64,000 bases of DNA from Candidatus Undinarchaeota archaeon (GTDB lineage: Archaea; SpSt-1190; JASMDC01): contig CAZFHY010000016.1 in the NCBI GenBank assembly GCA_964519305.1, forward strand, positions 32,001-96,000, given 5' to 3'. Shown here piece after piece: positions 28,069 through 37,636 of this stretch. The position numbers and the translations under genes were made by a program. The notes beneath the pieces were generated by a model. The model saw only the letters and a program-made list of their open reading frames with translations, was not told where the DNA came from and did no database searches. Positions within the stretch are counted from its first letter, which is position 1. Each line of letters opens with the position of its first letter.

Positions 28069-29402
28069 AACTTACCTGCCACCAGGTCGGCGGCGATCTT
28101 GCTCGCGCGTGAGGCCAGTTCTGCAGAGATCGTCCCATCTTCCACGGCCGCGCTCAGCTGCTCCTCGTTGACTATCTTGCGCTCACCTTCTTTCTCCACG
28201 ACAGCGATGCCGAAGCTCACGTAGGACACGCCCTGCGGCCTGAGCTCGATGGGCGTACAGATAGTATGGTTGCGGAACGTCTCGTTCCCCTCCGGATCGA
28301 AGTAGATGGTGGGGAACGTCCATGCACCCTGTTGGATCTCCACTAGGGCAAGGTCGCCCACGTGGGTCGGGCCCATGAGCATGAGGTCGGTACCGTCGAA
28401 CGAGCGCACGTCGACCTCCCACGCCCGGCGCTTGCCGGTGACGGTCAGCTCCTCGATCTCGATAGTGGCCCCCGGACGCAGCTTCTGCAGCGCACGGCGG
28501 AGTATGGCGGAAGCACCCCGCTCACCCTTCTCGCCCAGCTCCTCGATGACCTCGATGGCGAACCCCGCCTCGGGTCCGAGAGAGGACAGGAAGTGGTGGT
28601 GCGGTATGGTGGGCGTCGAGACCGCACGCAGCTCGTCCAGACCCTCCATGGCCTCATAGGGGAAGAGCACCTTGAGGAAGTCGTGGGGCGAGTACAGCAG
28701 ACCCACCTCGTCGTCGCCTTCCATGAGCTGCTCGAGCCGCTCGAGGATCTCCCGCTTCTCGATGACCTCTTTCTCCAGCGTCTTCACGTTGGCGTTCTGT
28801 GCCTCGATCTTCCAGTGGATGCCCCAGCTCACGGGCCGGAGTGTCTCTCCCAGCTGGATGAGCACGTCGGACCGCTCGGGGTCCATGCCATCGGCCGCGG
28901 TGACGTCCGTCACCGATGAGAACACGAGGTGCCGGGACGGGACCGATATGGTCTGGCTGACGATGGGACGCAGCGGTGGACGCGGGACGTCAACGACCTG
29001 TATGATGGGCCGGTCGCCCTGCTCGAAGGACTGGTGTGTGAACTTGAACGGGAGGTAGCCTTCGCACACGTCCAGGTCCACGATAGCGCCCTCGTTGAGA
29101 AGATGGAGCACCTCGCCCCGGTAGATGTTGCCGATCTCGACGTAGTCGGTAGGGACGAGCGCACCGAGCCGGTCACGGATCGCGTTCGCGACCGCGTCCC
29201 GCTCCGGACCCACCACGGACACACCGCGGTGGCTGGGAAGATGATGTACTATGTTATCGCCCGGGCTCTCGGCCCCACCGGTCACGGGCGCGAACCCGGC
29301 ATCGGTGAGTAGCCTAGTCAGCGGCGTCGAAAAGGCGCCGCTGAGCCTGACCCGCGGGACGTTCTTCCCTTTGTTCTTCGTCTTCCCTTTGCTCGGGCTC
29401 AT
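28065..29402 (-). CDS. FAU-1-like RNA-binding protein/ribonuclease (S1 + DUF402-like)
   Basis: RVRLSGAFSTPLTRLL.DAGF resembles FAU-1 N-terminus; S1-like region; PTIPHHH; ICTPIEL.P..V.Y. Confidence 0.72.
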   Translation of the reverse strand: MSPSKGKTKNKGKNVPRVRLSGAFSTPLTRLLTDAGFAPVTGGAESPGDNIVHHLPSHRGVSVVGPERDAVANAIRDRLGALVPTDYVEIGNIYRGEVLHLLNEGAIVDLDVCEGYLPFKFTHQSFEQGDRPIIQVVDVPRPPLRPIVSQTISVPSRHLVFSSVTDVTAADGMDPERSDVLIQLGETLRPVSWGIHWKIEAQNANVKTLEKEVIEKREILERLEQLMEGDDEVGLLYSPHDFLKVLFPYEAMEGLDELRAVSTPTIPHHHFLSSLGPEAGFAIEVIEELGEKGERGASAILRRALQKLRPGATIEIEELTVTGKRRAWEVDVRSFDGTDLMLMGPTHVGDLALVEIQQGAWTFPTIYFDPEGNETFRNHTICTPIELRPQGVSYVSFGIAVVEKEGERKIVNEEQLSAAVEDGTISAELASRASKIAADLVAGKF

Positions 29403-29913
29403 GATGCATTTCCTCCCTTGTCCGTTCCTCGTGGCCCCCACTGACCTGGCGCCGCCCTTCGGCGGTGAGCTCCAGGTAATCGCCGTCCCAGCGGAGACGG
29501 TGTGAGCGGACGAGGACCTCGACGAGACGTCTTGCCTGGAACGCCTCGCCCACGACCCGGTTCTCGACCAGGAATCCCGCGGCCATGTCGCCGCGCACCC
29601 TCTTGGCCTGCTGGAACGCCTCCAGCGCCCGGACCATCCTGTCGGGCCGTCGTCGTCCGGCACCCAGCTCTTCTACGACCTGCTCGATATGCTTGTCCTC
29701 CTCCTCCACCTTCAGGCTGAGGGCCCTGAAGGACGGGCGGAGCTTGAGCACGATTAGGTCGGATAGGTCCTGGATGAAGGTCTCCAGATGTAGCGCGCGC
29801 CGTTCCCGCGACGAGAGCGCCCTGTCGAGCGCATCCGCGGCGGAGCGGAGCATACGGTCCTCGCGTTCCTGCTCTGAAAGGTCTCCGTCCAGCACGATGC
29901 CCCTCGGGAGCAT
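29314..29913 (-). CDS. hypothetical protein, possible C-terminal winged helix
   Basis: TTTTATA upstream of ATG; YLELTAEGR wing motif; overlaps next gene by about 90 nt. Confidence 0.5.
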   Translation of the reverse strand: MLPRGIVLDGDLSEQEREDRMLRSAADALDRALSSRERRALHLETFIQDLSDLIVLKLRPSFRALSLKVEEEDKHIEQVVEELGAGRRRPDRMVRALEAFQQAKRVRGDMAAGFLVENRVVGEAFQARRLVEVLVRSHRLRWDGDYLELTAEGRRQVSGGHEERTREEMHHEPEQREDEEQREERPAGQAQRRLFDAAD

Positions 29914-29968
29914 GGCGTGAGAGGATATAAAAAGCTATCCCCACACCCCACGCCCACGGGTGTCCGTT

Positions 29969-32251
29969 ATGCCAGACGACGCGATCGAACTACGGGTTGG
30001 AGAGATCCCAACGACCATGCAGCAGGACGTGGGGAGGGGGATAGTCCGCCTCGACACGAACACCATGGGCACGCTGGGGATCAGCCCCGGGGCCGTCGTG
30101 GAGATCGAGGGCAAGCGGACGACCGCCGCCATCGCGGACCGCGCCTACCCCAGCGACGTCGGTATGCGCATCGTCCGGATGGACGGTCTCACCCGGCGTA
30201 ACGCAGGCACCACCATCGGCGACACCATCACGGTACGTGCGGCCGAGTTCAACGAAGCGGACCACATCAGCATCGCGCCCGCCCAGGAAGGCGTCACCGT
30301 GCGCATGCCCGGCGAGGTCGTGGCAAAGACGCTCATCGGCCGGTCCGCCGTCAAGGGCGACGTCATCGAGCTGCGCTCGCTGGCCGCTCCGCACCCGTCC
30401 CATCCTTTCGACGAGTTCTACGAGTTCCTCTCCGACGAGCTGGCGTTCGGCAGGCTCGGCATGGGCCAGTCACGCTTCATGGTCGTTAGCACGGCGCCCA
30501 AGGGCGTTGTGCGCATCACCGAGTCCACCAAGATCGAGGTGCTCCCCGAGGCCGCTGAGGTCGAGAGCGAGCGCATCCCCGAGGTTACCTACGAGGACAT
30601 CGGCGGCCTATCCACGGAAGTGCGCCGGGTCCGCGAGATGATCGAGCTCCCGCTCAAGCATCCCGAGCTCTTCGAGCGCCTGGGCATCGATCCGCCCACG
30701 GGCGTGCTCCTGTACGGCCCTCCGGGCACCGGAAAGACCCTGCTCGCCAAGGCCGTGGCCAACGAGTCCAACGCCAACTTCGTGTCCATCAACGGTCCCG
30801 AGATCATGTCCAAGTACGTGGGCGAGGCCGAGAAACGGCTCCGCGAGCTGTTCGAGGAGGCGCAGAAGAACGCGCCCTCCATCATCTTCATCGACGAGAT
30901 CGACGCCATCGCGCCCAAGCGCGAGGACGTGGTCGGCGGCGTGGAGGGCCGAGTGGTGGCCCAGATGCTGGCCTCCATGGACGGTATCAACTCCCGCGGC
31001 CAGGTCATCGTAATCGCGGCCACCAACCGCGAGACCGCCATGGACCCTGCGCTCCGCCGCGGGGGCCGGTTCGACCGCGAGATCGAGATCGGTGTCCCCG
31101 ATCGCAAGGGCCGGAAAGAGGTCCTGCAGATCCACACCCGCAACATGCCGCTCGCCGAGGACGTTAGCCTCGACGAGATCGCCAACACCGCACACGGCTT
31201 TGTCGGCAGCGACCTCCAGGGACTGTGCAAGGAAGCGGCCATGAGCGCTCTGCGACGTATCCTCCCGGAGATCAACATCGACGACGACGAGCGACTGCCC
31301 CGCGAGGTGCTGGAGAAGCTCATCGTCAACCGGCAGGACTACGTCGAAGGCCTCAAGGTCGTCCGTCCGTCCGCCATGCGCGAGGTACTGGTCGAGGTAC
31401 CGAACATCACGTGGGGCGACATCGGCGGCTGCGACGATATCAAACAGGAGCTGGTCGAGGCCGTGGAATGGCCGCTGAAGAACAAGGCGGCGTTCGACCG
31501 TCTGGGCATCAGGCCCCCCACGGGCATCCTCCTCTACGGTCCTCCGGGCACGGGAAAGACCCTGCTAGCAAAGGCCGTCTCCAACGAGAGCGAGGCCAAC
31601 TTCATCCTGGTCAAGGGCCCCGAGGTGCTTTCCAAGTGGCTCGGTGAGTCCGAGAAGGCCATCCGCGAGATCTTCCGCAAGGCGCGCCAGGTGGCGCCCA
31701 CGGTCGTGTTCTTCGACGAGCTCGACGCCATCGCATCATCGCGCGGCCAGGAGGGCTCGCACAAGGCAGAAGAACGCGTGGTCAACCAGATGCTCACCGA
31801 GATCGACGGACTGGAGGACCTCCAGGACGTCGTGATCATCGGCGCGACCAACCGCCCCGATATCATCGACCGCGGTCTCATGCGCGCGGGCCGGTTCGAC
31901 CGCCACATCCTCGTTGGCGCTCCCGACGAGGCCGCCCGTCTCGAGATCCTGAAGGTGCACACCAAGGGCATGCCGCTGGCCAAGGACGTCGACCTCAAGA
32001 AGCTGGCGAAAGAGACCGAGAACTGCGTGGGCAGCGACCTCGAGTCCATCTGTCGCGAGGCCGCGATCTTTGCGCTCCGCAAGGACATGGAGGCCAAGGA
32101 GGTCAAATTGGCCCAGTTCGAGGAGGCCCGCGAGAAGGTGCACCCCTCCCTCACAAAGGAGGTCAAGAAGTTCTACGAGCTCGTGCAGAAGGCGCTCGCT
32201 GCTCCACAGATCAAGGAAGAGCCAGCAGACGACCTCTTCTACATGCGGTGA
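29969..32251 (+). CDS. cdc48: CDC48/VAT family AAA+ ATPase
   Basis: N-domain plus two AAA modules (GPPGTGKT twice, IFIDEID, FFDELD, GRFDR). Confidence 0.97.
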   Translation: MPDDAIELRVGEIPTTMQQDVGRGIVRLDTNTMGTLGISPGAVVEIEGKRTTAAIADRAYPSDVGMRIVRMDGLTRRNAGTTIGDTITVRAAEFNEADHISIAPAQEGVTVRMPGEVVAKTLIGRSAVKGDVIELRSLAAPHPSHPFDEFYEFLSDELAFGRLGMGQSRFMVVSTAPKGVVRITESTKIEVLPEAAEVESERIPEVTYEDIGGLSTEVRRVREMIELPLKHPELFERLGIDPPTGVLLYGPPGTGKTLLAKAVANESNANFVSINGPEIMSKYVGEAEKRLRELFEEAQKNAPSIIFIDEIDAIAPKREDVVGGVEGRVVAQMLASMDGINSRGQVIVIAATNRETAMDPALRRGGRFDREIEIGVPDRKGRKEVLQIHTRNMPLAEDVSLDEIANTAHGFVGSDLQGLCKEAAMSALRRILPEINIDDDERLPREVLEKLIVNRQDYVEGLKVVRPSAMREVLVEVPNITWGDIGGCDDIKQELVEAVEWPLKNKAAFDRLGIRPPTGILLYGPPGTGKTLLAKAVSNESEANFILVKGPEVLSKWLGESEKAIREIFRKARQVAPTVVFFDELDAIASSRGQEGSHKAEERVVNQMLTEIDGLEDLQDVVIIGATNRPDIIDRGLMRAGRFDRHILVGAPDEAARLEILKVHTKGMPLAKDVDLKKLAKETENCVGSDLESICREAAIFALRKDMEAKEVKLAQFEEAREKVHPSLTKEVKKFYELVQKALAAPQIKEEPADDLFYMR

Positions 32252-32262
32252 GGTAGTCGGCC

Positions 32263-32958
32263 GTGACGCGCCTGACGGTGCTGTACGACAACCGGGTAGC
32301 TCCCGGTGTATCTGACACGCTCCGCTGCGGGTGGGGCTTTTCCTGCCTGGCCGAGGAGTCCAGCGGGAAGGTGCTCTTCGACGCCGGGTTCGACGGAGGC
32401 ATCCTGCTCGAGAACATGGCGACGCTCGGTATAGAGCCCCGGTCCGTCGACGCCGTGGTGCTGTCGCACACCCACTGGGACCATCTGGGCGGCCTGGCCC
32501 GGTTCCTCGAGTCCCGGGGGGATGTACCGCTGTACGTTCCCGAGGGCATCCCGCGCCATCTGCGCATCGAGCTTTCTAACCGCGCCGACGTGACGGTGAC
32601 CGGGACGGAGGACGGCAGCAGGGTGGTTCCGGGCATCCGCACGACAGCTTCTATCGGGGACAAGCTGAAGGAGCAGGCGCTCGTGGTGGACGCCGGTAGC
32701 GGTGTGCTGGTGGTCACCGGCTGCTGTCATCCCGGGCTAGGTCCGACACTCGAGGCGGCGTCGCTCCACGGCCGCGTCAGGGGTATACTGGGCGGGCTGC
32801 ACGAGGCGAAGGGGCCGGAGCAGCTTTCCGGTCTGTCACTGGTAGCACCGTGCCATTGCACGAAGGAACCGGACCGGTTCCCGGAGCTGTTCCCACGGGC
32901 ATACCAGCAGGTGGGCGTGGGGAGCGTCGTTGCGGTGGAGACCGCGCCCGGCCGGTGA
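32263..32958 (+). CDS. MBL-fold metallo-hydrolase (COG1237-like)
   Basis: GWGFSCL, LFDAG, SHTHWDHLGG, TGCCHPG, GGLH, PCHCT. Confidence 0.88.
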   Translation: MTRLTVLYDNRVAPGVSDTLRCGWGFSCLAEESSGKVLFDAGFDGGILLENMATLGIEPRSVDAVVLSHTHWDHLGGLARFLESRGDVPLYVPEGIPRHLRIELSNRADVTVTGTEDGSRVVPGIRTTASIGDKLKEQALVVDAGSGVLVVTGCCHPGLGPTLEAASLHGRVRGILGGLHEAKGPEQLSGLSLVAPCHCTKEPDRFPELFPRAYQQVGVGSVVAVETAPGR

Positions 32959-32983
32959 CCGGGACTGTATCCCGTCGATCGGC

Positions 32984-33685
32984 CTATGCCCGGCCGAACT
33001 GCTTGGGTTCCGTGGCCGATGCCGAGCTCGCCACGTGGATGTACTCCTGCTCCTGGTACTCCGTGAGCGGTACGGCACCGACCGCGAACATCCAGGTGAT
33101 CGGGTCCATCGTCACCGGGTCCGCGTCATCGACGAATAAGTTCAGCTCGCCGCCCGCCCTCAGCACCTGGGCGTTGAGCTTCTTATCGTCGGTGTGGAAG
33201 GCCTTGTAGTATCGCCCCGCAACGGGATCGTAGTCGTAGACGGTGAACGACACCTCCATGTCGGTGTTGGACATGCTCGTTTGGAGCAGGCCGACGATCT
33301 GGTTCTTGTTATCGGTGGATACCAGGGTGGAGAACTGGAGCGGGTCGGTGTACCCTCCACCCCAGTACATGTCCGCGCCGACACCGATCACCTTGATGGG
33401 CTGACCGGTCGTGGGATCGGCGACGGTGAGGTCCGACCTCATCTGCTGGCCCGCGATCTTGAGGGAGTTGACGTGGAACACCGTGCCCTGGTAGCCTTGA
33501 TCGAAGTTGAAGACCTGTTCCATGTCACAGGTGTACATGTACTCCACGTTCGCAGGTGGTGCCTTCGCTTCCTCTCCGGGCGCGGCCGGGCTCAGGTACC
33601 CGCTGTTGATCACGATAGCGACAACGACGAGGCATACAGCCACCAGCGCGTACTTGGCATGTTCATCCATTCCCACGGTAATCAT
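32984..33685 (-). CDS. PPAN-leader protein with conserved beta-rich hypothetical domain
   Basis: Hydrophobic leader ...VAIVINSGYL...APPAN then globular domain; start MITVG (33685) or MDEH (33670); TTTTTAT about 30 nt upstream. Confidence 0.75.
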   Translation of the reverse strand: MITVGMDEHAKYALVAVCLVVVAIVINSGYLSPAAPGEEAKAPPANVEYMYTCDMEQVFNFDQGYQGTVFHVNSLKIAGQQMRSDLTVADPTTGQPIKVIGVGADMYWGGGYTDPLQFSTLVSTDNKNQIVGLLQTSMSNTDMEVSFTVYDYDPVAGRYYKAFHTDDKKLNAQVLRAGGELNLFVDDADPVTMDPITWMFAVGAVPLTEYQEQEYIHVASSASATEPKQFGRA

Positions 33686-33860
33686 CTCACGCCGACCGCT
33701 CGTGGTCAACACATAAAAAACCGACCTCATCCCGCACCGTCCGTCCGGCGAGGTCGGGAGTTCCGTGAACGTTGAACGGGGGCCCCAAAAGGCCTCGGAA
33801 TGAGGTCTTTTTTTCATCCAGCACCTATTTATGGCAGCCACACCATGACTTACCGTACGT

Positions 33861-34586
33861 ATGGTCGACACCAGATACGTACTGGCTGCGGTCGGGCTCC
33901 TTATCCTCGGTGCTATCCTCTCCATCAACTGCACGACCGGAGTGGACGTCGCAGCGATCGGGAGCGACGACGCTAGCGTCGAGGTCATCGGCGGCAAGTA
34001 CGAGCTGGAACTGTTCACAGCAGAGATAGGTCACGGCCCTGCTGCACGCGAGATCACACGGATGCGGTACACAGTGGGCAACCGCACCATCGTCCCCGAC
34101 CAGACGCTCCCGCGCTCCATGCGCCCCGGCCTCGACTGGCTGCAGAGGAACACGCTGGAGGGCGACTATGTCCTTGCCTGGTGGGACTACGGTCATGCAA
34201 TCCGCGCCTACGGCGAACGCGAGCCGGTGATCGATGCGCCCTCGAAGGAGCTTATGCCGCTGACGGTGTCCAAGTACATCGGGATGTCCGCGGACGACAT
34301 TATCTGCCCCGACTGTGCGCCCCACGCGCTCGTCCGGGACGTGGCAAAAGCCCTGCTCACCGACGATCCCGCCGTTACTAGAAAGATCATGAAGTCCCAC
34401 GGTGCACGGTACCTGTACATACACGCCGATGACGCCACCAAGGCGGACGCTTTCTTCATCGCAGCAGGACGTGAGCCGGGGCAGGTGAAGGGGACGGTCC
34501 TGGGCAAGGCGTTCGTCGGATCACGGCTCGACGGGTACTGGCTGGTGTACTCGGACGCCACGGTGCACATCTACGAGATCGCGTGA
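33861..34586 (+). CDS. stand-alone AglB/STT3 C-terminal (WWDYG) domain with N-terminal signal/TM
   Basis: LDWLQRNT...VLAWWDYGH.I....R; DVAKALLTDD...GARYL; lacks the multi-TM catalytic domain. Confidence 0.82.
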   Translation: MVDTRYVLAAVGLLILGAILSINCTTGVDVAAIGSDDASVEVIGGKYELELFTAEIGHGPAAREITRMRYTVGNRTIVPDQTLPRSMRPGLDWLQRNTLEGDYVLAWWDYGHAIRAYGEREPVIDAPSKELMPLTVSKYIGMSADDIICPDCAPHALVRDVAKALLTDDPAVTRKIMKSHGARYLYIHADDATKADAFFIAAGREPGQVKGTVLGKAFVGSRLDGYWLVYSDATVHIYEIA

Positions 34587-34590
34587 GCGC

Positions 34591-34959
34591 CTACGGCGGC
34601 TTTCTCATCTTTTCCCACTCAATATCATCGGTCCGGTATCCTGCCAGCCAGATTCTCTCTAATAGGTCCGCTCTTTCCGCGCTCGTAAGCTCCTGGCTCG
34701 ACTCGGCCCAGTCCATCAGGTTATCCAGTTGGAACAGGAAATCATCCCTTTCTTTTTCAGTGAACCCCCACCCAACCTTATTACGCAACGTCATCTCGAT
34801 GTATTGTAATTGCTGAATGTTCTCGAACTTGGTCCAGCTGTTCGCCGGAGGTGCCTGTTCCTGGTCCCGTGTACCCAGGCTCTTGAGGACGAGCACGTTG
34901 GACGCGAGCGACAGCACGGTGAGCACGAGGACGGTGCGGAGAAGGGTCCGGTCGTTCAT
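34591..34959 (-). CDS. PPAN-leader small secreted/membrane protein (helical cargo)
   Basis: MNDRTLL...SLASNVLVLK...APPAN leader. Confidence 0.8.
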   Translation of the reverse strand: MNDRTLLRTVLVLTVLSLASNVLVLKSLGTRDQEQAPPANSWTKFENIQQLQYIEMTLRNKVGWGFTEKERDDFLFQLDNLMDWAESSQELTSAERADLLERIWLAGYRTDDIEWEKMRKPP

Positions 34960-35027
34960 GATGTGTGTGCGAGCGTTCGGTTTTTTATGTGCGATGCCGG
35001 CGGGGTCCGCGTCTACCGCCGCTACCG

Positions 35028-35375
35028 TCAGCTGTTCGCTTCCACGACCGTGCTCAGGTTATCGATTATCGATCGCAGCTGGACCTTTTCCACTTCATTG
35101 AGCTGTTTACTCGAGATGATCCTTTCTTTCAGGTCGTTCAGTTGGTCCAGGATATCATCCCTGTCGCCCTCGCTGATGTTCCCGTTGGAGATCAGCTGCT
35201 GCACACTGGACTTGATCTGCAGTATTTCGCGGAAGAAGGCTGCTGACGCGGCGCTGTTCGCCGGTGGCGCTATCTCCTGCTCCTGCGTGCCCAGGCTCTT
35301 GAGGACTAGCACGTTGGACGCGAGCGACAGCACTGCGAGCACGAGGACTGCGTGGAGAAGGGATCGGTCGTTCAT
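35028..35375 (-). CDS. PPAN-leader small secreted/membrane protein (helical cargo)
   Basis: MNDRSLL...SLASNVLVLK...APPAN leader. Confidence 0.8.
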   Translation of the reverse strand: MNDRSLLHAVLVLAVLSLASNVLVLKSLGTQEQEIAPPANSAASAAFFREILQIKSSVQQLISNGNISEGDRDDILDQLNDLKERIISSKQLNEVEKVQLRSIIDNLSTVVEANS

Positions 35376-35418
35376 GGTGTGTGTGCGAGCGTTCTGTTTT
35401 TTATGTGCGATGTCAGGA

Positions 35419-35826
35419 TCAGCCCCGGAACCCCAGACCCCTGAGGAGGTCCCTGAGCTCCCAGATCACGGCCTTCACGTCCTCCTTCGAACGCTGGTCC
35501 ATGACGAGCTCCCTCAGTTTGCGGGCGGTCTGGTCTAATTCGAGATGTACGGGCGATCTCGGAAGGTTATCGAGACGGTTCTCGAACTCGAACACCTCCA
35601 TCAGGACCTCGTCGGTCCCGTTGTTGGTGAGGAGCATTCCCTCGTCGACCATGACCTCGATCTTGAACAGCATCCTCTCCAGATCTCCCACCATGTAGGG
35701 GAGGTAGTTCGCCGGCGGCGTCAATGCATCCTCGGAGGCCCTCAGGTCCTTGAGTACGAGCACGTTGGTCGCGAGCGACAGCACGGCGAGCACGAGGACG
35801 GCGCGAAGAAGGGAGCGGTCGTTCAT
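35419..35826 (-). CDS. PPAN-leader small secreted/membrane protein (helical cargo)
   Basis: MNDRSLL...SLATNVLVLK...TPPAN leader. Confidence 0.8.
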   Translation of the reverse strand: MNDRSLLRAVLVLAVLSLATNVLVLKDLRASEDALTPPANYLPYMVGDLERMLFKIEVMVDEGMLLTNNGTDEVLMEVFEFENRLDNLPRSPVHLELDQTARKLRELVMDQRSKEDVKAVIWELRDLLRGLGFRG

Positions 35827-35922
35827 GGTGCGGGTGTGGGCGGTACCCTTTTTATGTCCGACACCCCCGGGGAAGGCTTAAATACCCGGGTCCGGCGCGC
35901 GGTCTGTCAGGACGGAGTTCAC

Positions 35923-36396
35923 ATGGGATACTGCGCACTTACCGAGTACGGCGGCGAGGCCGTCAACATGATCCACGGCGACGGTTACGCCGAGTTCACC
36001 ATGGACGCAGGCAAGTTCCTTGGCCTGTTCGGCAAGGGCATGGACGAGCAGGAGATCAACAAGGGCTACCGTTCGGCCGAGTTCGCCCTCGAGCTGGCCA
36101 ACAAGGACCTGGGCCTCGACCTCGAGGTCGGTCACGACGAGCGCAATCCCATCTACATGAACTTCAAGTTCGAGCCCGCCGATCCCCCGGACGACCACTA
36201 CATCCACACGGTCGCCAAGGGTACTATCCAGTACGAGCGCGGCGGTACCTTCAGCTCTGACAAGGTGAACGTGTCGGTCGAGTTCCGGCGCTCCAAGATG
36301 GACGAGGTGGCGTTCCACGACCTTGCGGCAGCGCTGGAGGACCGCGGGTTCGAGAACACCACCACCCCCATCTGGGTGTACGGCAGCTTCTCGTAG
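35923..36396 (+). CDS. hypothetical protein
   Basis: CTTAAATA box, GGAG SD, strong GC3 bias. Confidence 0.7.
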   Translation: MGYCALTEYGGEAVNMIHGDGYAEFTMDAGKFLGLFGKGMDEQEINKGYRSAEFALELANKDLGLDLEVGHDERNPIYMNFKFEPADPPDDHYIHTVAKGTIQYERGGTFSSDKVNVSVEFRRSKMDEVAFHDLAAALEDRGFENTTTPIWVYGSFS

Positions 36397-36454
36397 TGAC
36401 GCCCGCTCCGGTAACGAGTGGTTTTTTATTGATTAGAGCCCTTCTGCGGTAGCG

Positions 36455-37531
36455 GTGGAAGGGAAGAAGGAGCCAAAGACCGAGCCTGAGCCCGAGTCTA
36501 GGTCAAAGCCTGATGCTAAGCCCGTGCCCAAGCCCCCGCCCGTGCCCGAGCCTGAACCCGAGCCCGGGGAGGATGTAGCAGGGCCGGACCGACCTCCGAA
36601 ATGGAAGGAGGGCATGAGGAAGGGGTTCGTCATCGGGATCATTCTTTCACTGGTCTCCATCGGTGTCTTCGGCGAGAGCACGATACATCATCATATCAAT
36701 GATCCCATCTGTACCTACCTGGGTTTCATCTCTGACTGTGATACCTGGGTCGGGTCCTGTCCCAGTGATACTTGTAGGTACGTTCTAAAGCCCCTCCTGC
36801 TGATCATCGAGTTCGCCCTGGTCGGCGCATTCCTTGGCTGGGCCCTCTACGAATTGAGCAGCACCGTCCTCCCCTCCTGGAAGAAGGGCATGGTCGTGTT
36901 CTTCGGGATCGGATGTGGCCTCTCGGTGTTCGATCCTCTCTACCTGTACTACCCGATCAAGAAGGTCATCGGTTACCTGGTCCTGTTCCCCGTCCTGGGA
37001 GCGTTCGTCGCCTGGCTCATTGAGAAGGAGTGGCGTCATGAAGCGAGCGATGTCACGGTGGGACCGGACTGGTTGAAGGGCCTCCTGCTCGGCATCGTTC
37101 TCGCCCTCGTGGCCACCATCGTTCTGTCCGAGACCCAGAATGACACCCATATCATGCAGGTACAGTTCACGCTCTATGTCCTCCCGAGCCCGCTGCTCTT
37201 CGCCTGCGCCAGCTGGCTCATCGGCAAGAAGTGGTACGACGGGGACCGGGGCGTTGTCGGTCAGGCGTTCTGGAAGAAGAGCCTGACGGCAGGTCTCGTG
37301 CTCGGTCTCCTTCTTGCGGTCATGCCCAGGGACAGCCTCTTGATCCTCGTCCTGCTGATGGATTCTCTGGTCTTCATACCATTCGCCATCATCGGATGCG
37401 GCACGGGCATCCTCTGCTTCGGGCACGGGGCCGAAGCGATCGTGTTCTACCTCGCACCGTTCACGCTCCCCGTCGGATGCGCCATGATCGGCGCGTTCGC
37501 CGGCTGGGTGTTCGACAAGTGGTACACCTGA
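36455..37531 (+). CDS. polytopic membrane protein with four internal repeats
   Basis: Pro/Glu/Lys-rich N-terminus; repeated W-x-K-G...G-A-F-x-x-W units. Confidence 0.75.
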   Translation: MEGKKEPKTEPEPESRSKPDAKPVPKPPPVPEPEPEPGEDVAGPDRPPKWKEGMRKGFVIGIILSLVSIGVFGESTIHHHINDPICTYLGFISDCDTWVGSCPSDTCRYVLKPLLLIIEFALVGAFLGWALYELSSTVLPSWKKGMVVFFGIGCGLSVFDPLYLYYPIKKVIGYLVLFPVLGAFVAWLIEKEWRHEASDVTVGPDWLKGLLLGIVLALVATIVLSETQNDTHIMQVQFTLYVLPSPLLFACASWLIGKKWYDGDRGVVGQAFWKKSLTAGLVLGLLLAVMPRDSLLILVLLMDSLVFIPFAIIGCGTGILCFGHGAEAIVFYLAPFTLPVGCAMIGAFAGWVFDKWYT

Positions 37532-37636
37532 CCGCGGAAGAGGATCACGGATTTTCTACGGATACCGGTGGTATCACCGGTCGAGCCACGTGCGCACCGC
37601 ACGTGAGAACAGCCGCTTCCTCCTCGGTCCTTGCGC

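Larger units (their letters stand above)
34837..35857 (-). repeat. three direct repeats (about 150-160 bp) of promoter + PPAN leader: about 34837-34996, 35253-35412, 35707-35857
   Basis: Shared + strand blocks gttcgccgg, cacgttgg..gcgagcgacagcac, cggtcgttcatg, tttttatgt. Confidence 0.85.

Noticed and set aside
28065-29663. ORF-track N-terminal extensions (e.g. starts 29663, 25447, 34018, 35545, 57523, 63069, 4002)
   Set aside because: The extensions overlap neighbouring genes. Downstream starts fit the TATA/SD positions and family N-termini better.
34837-35857. Repeats with variable intervening sequence as a CRISPR array or integron cassette array
   Set aside because: The repeats are about 150 bp and protein-coding, and the intervening parts are ORF 3' ends. 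No cas genes, integrase or attC structure were seen.
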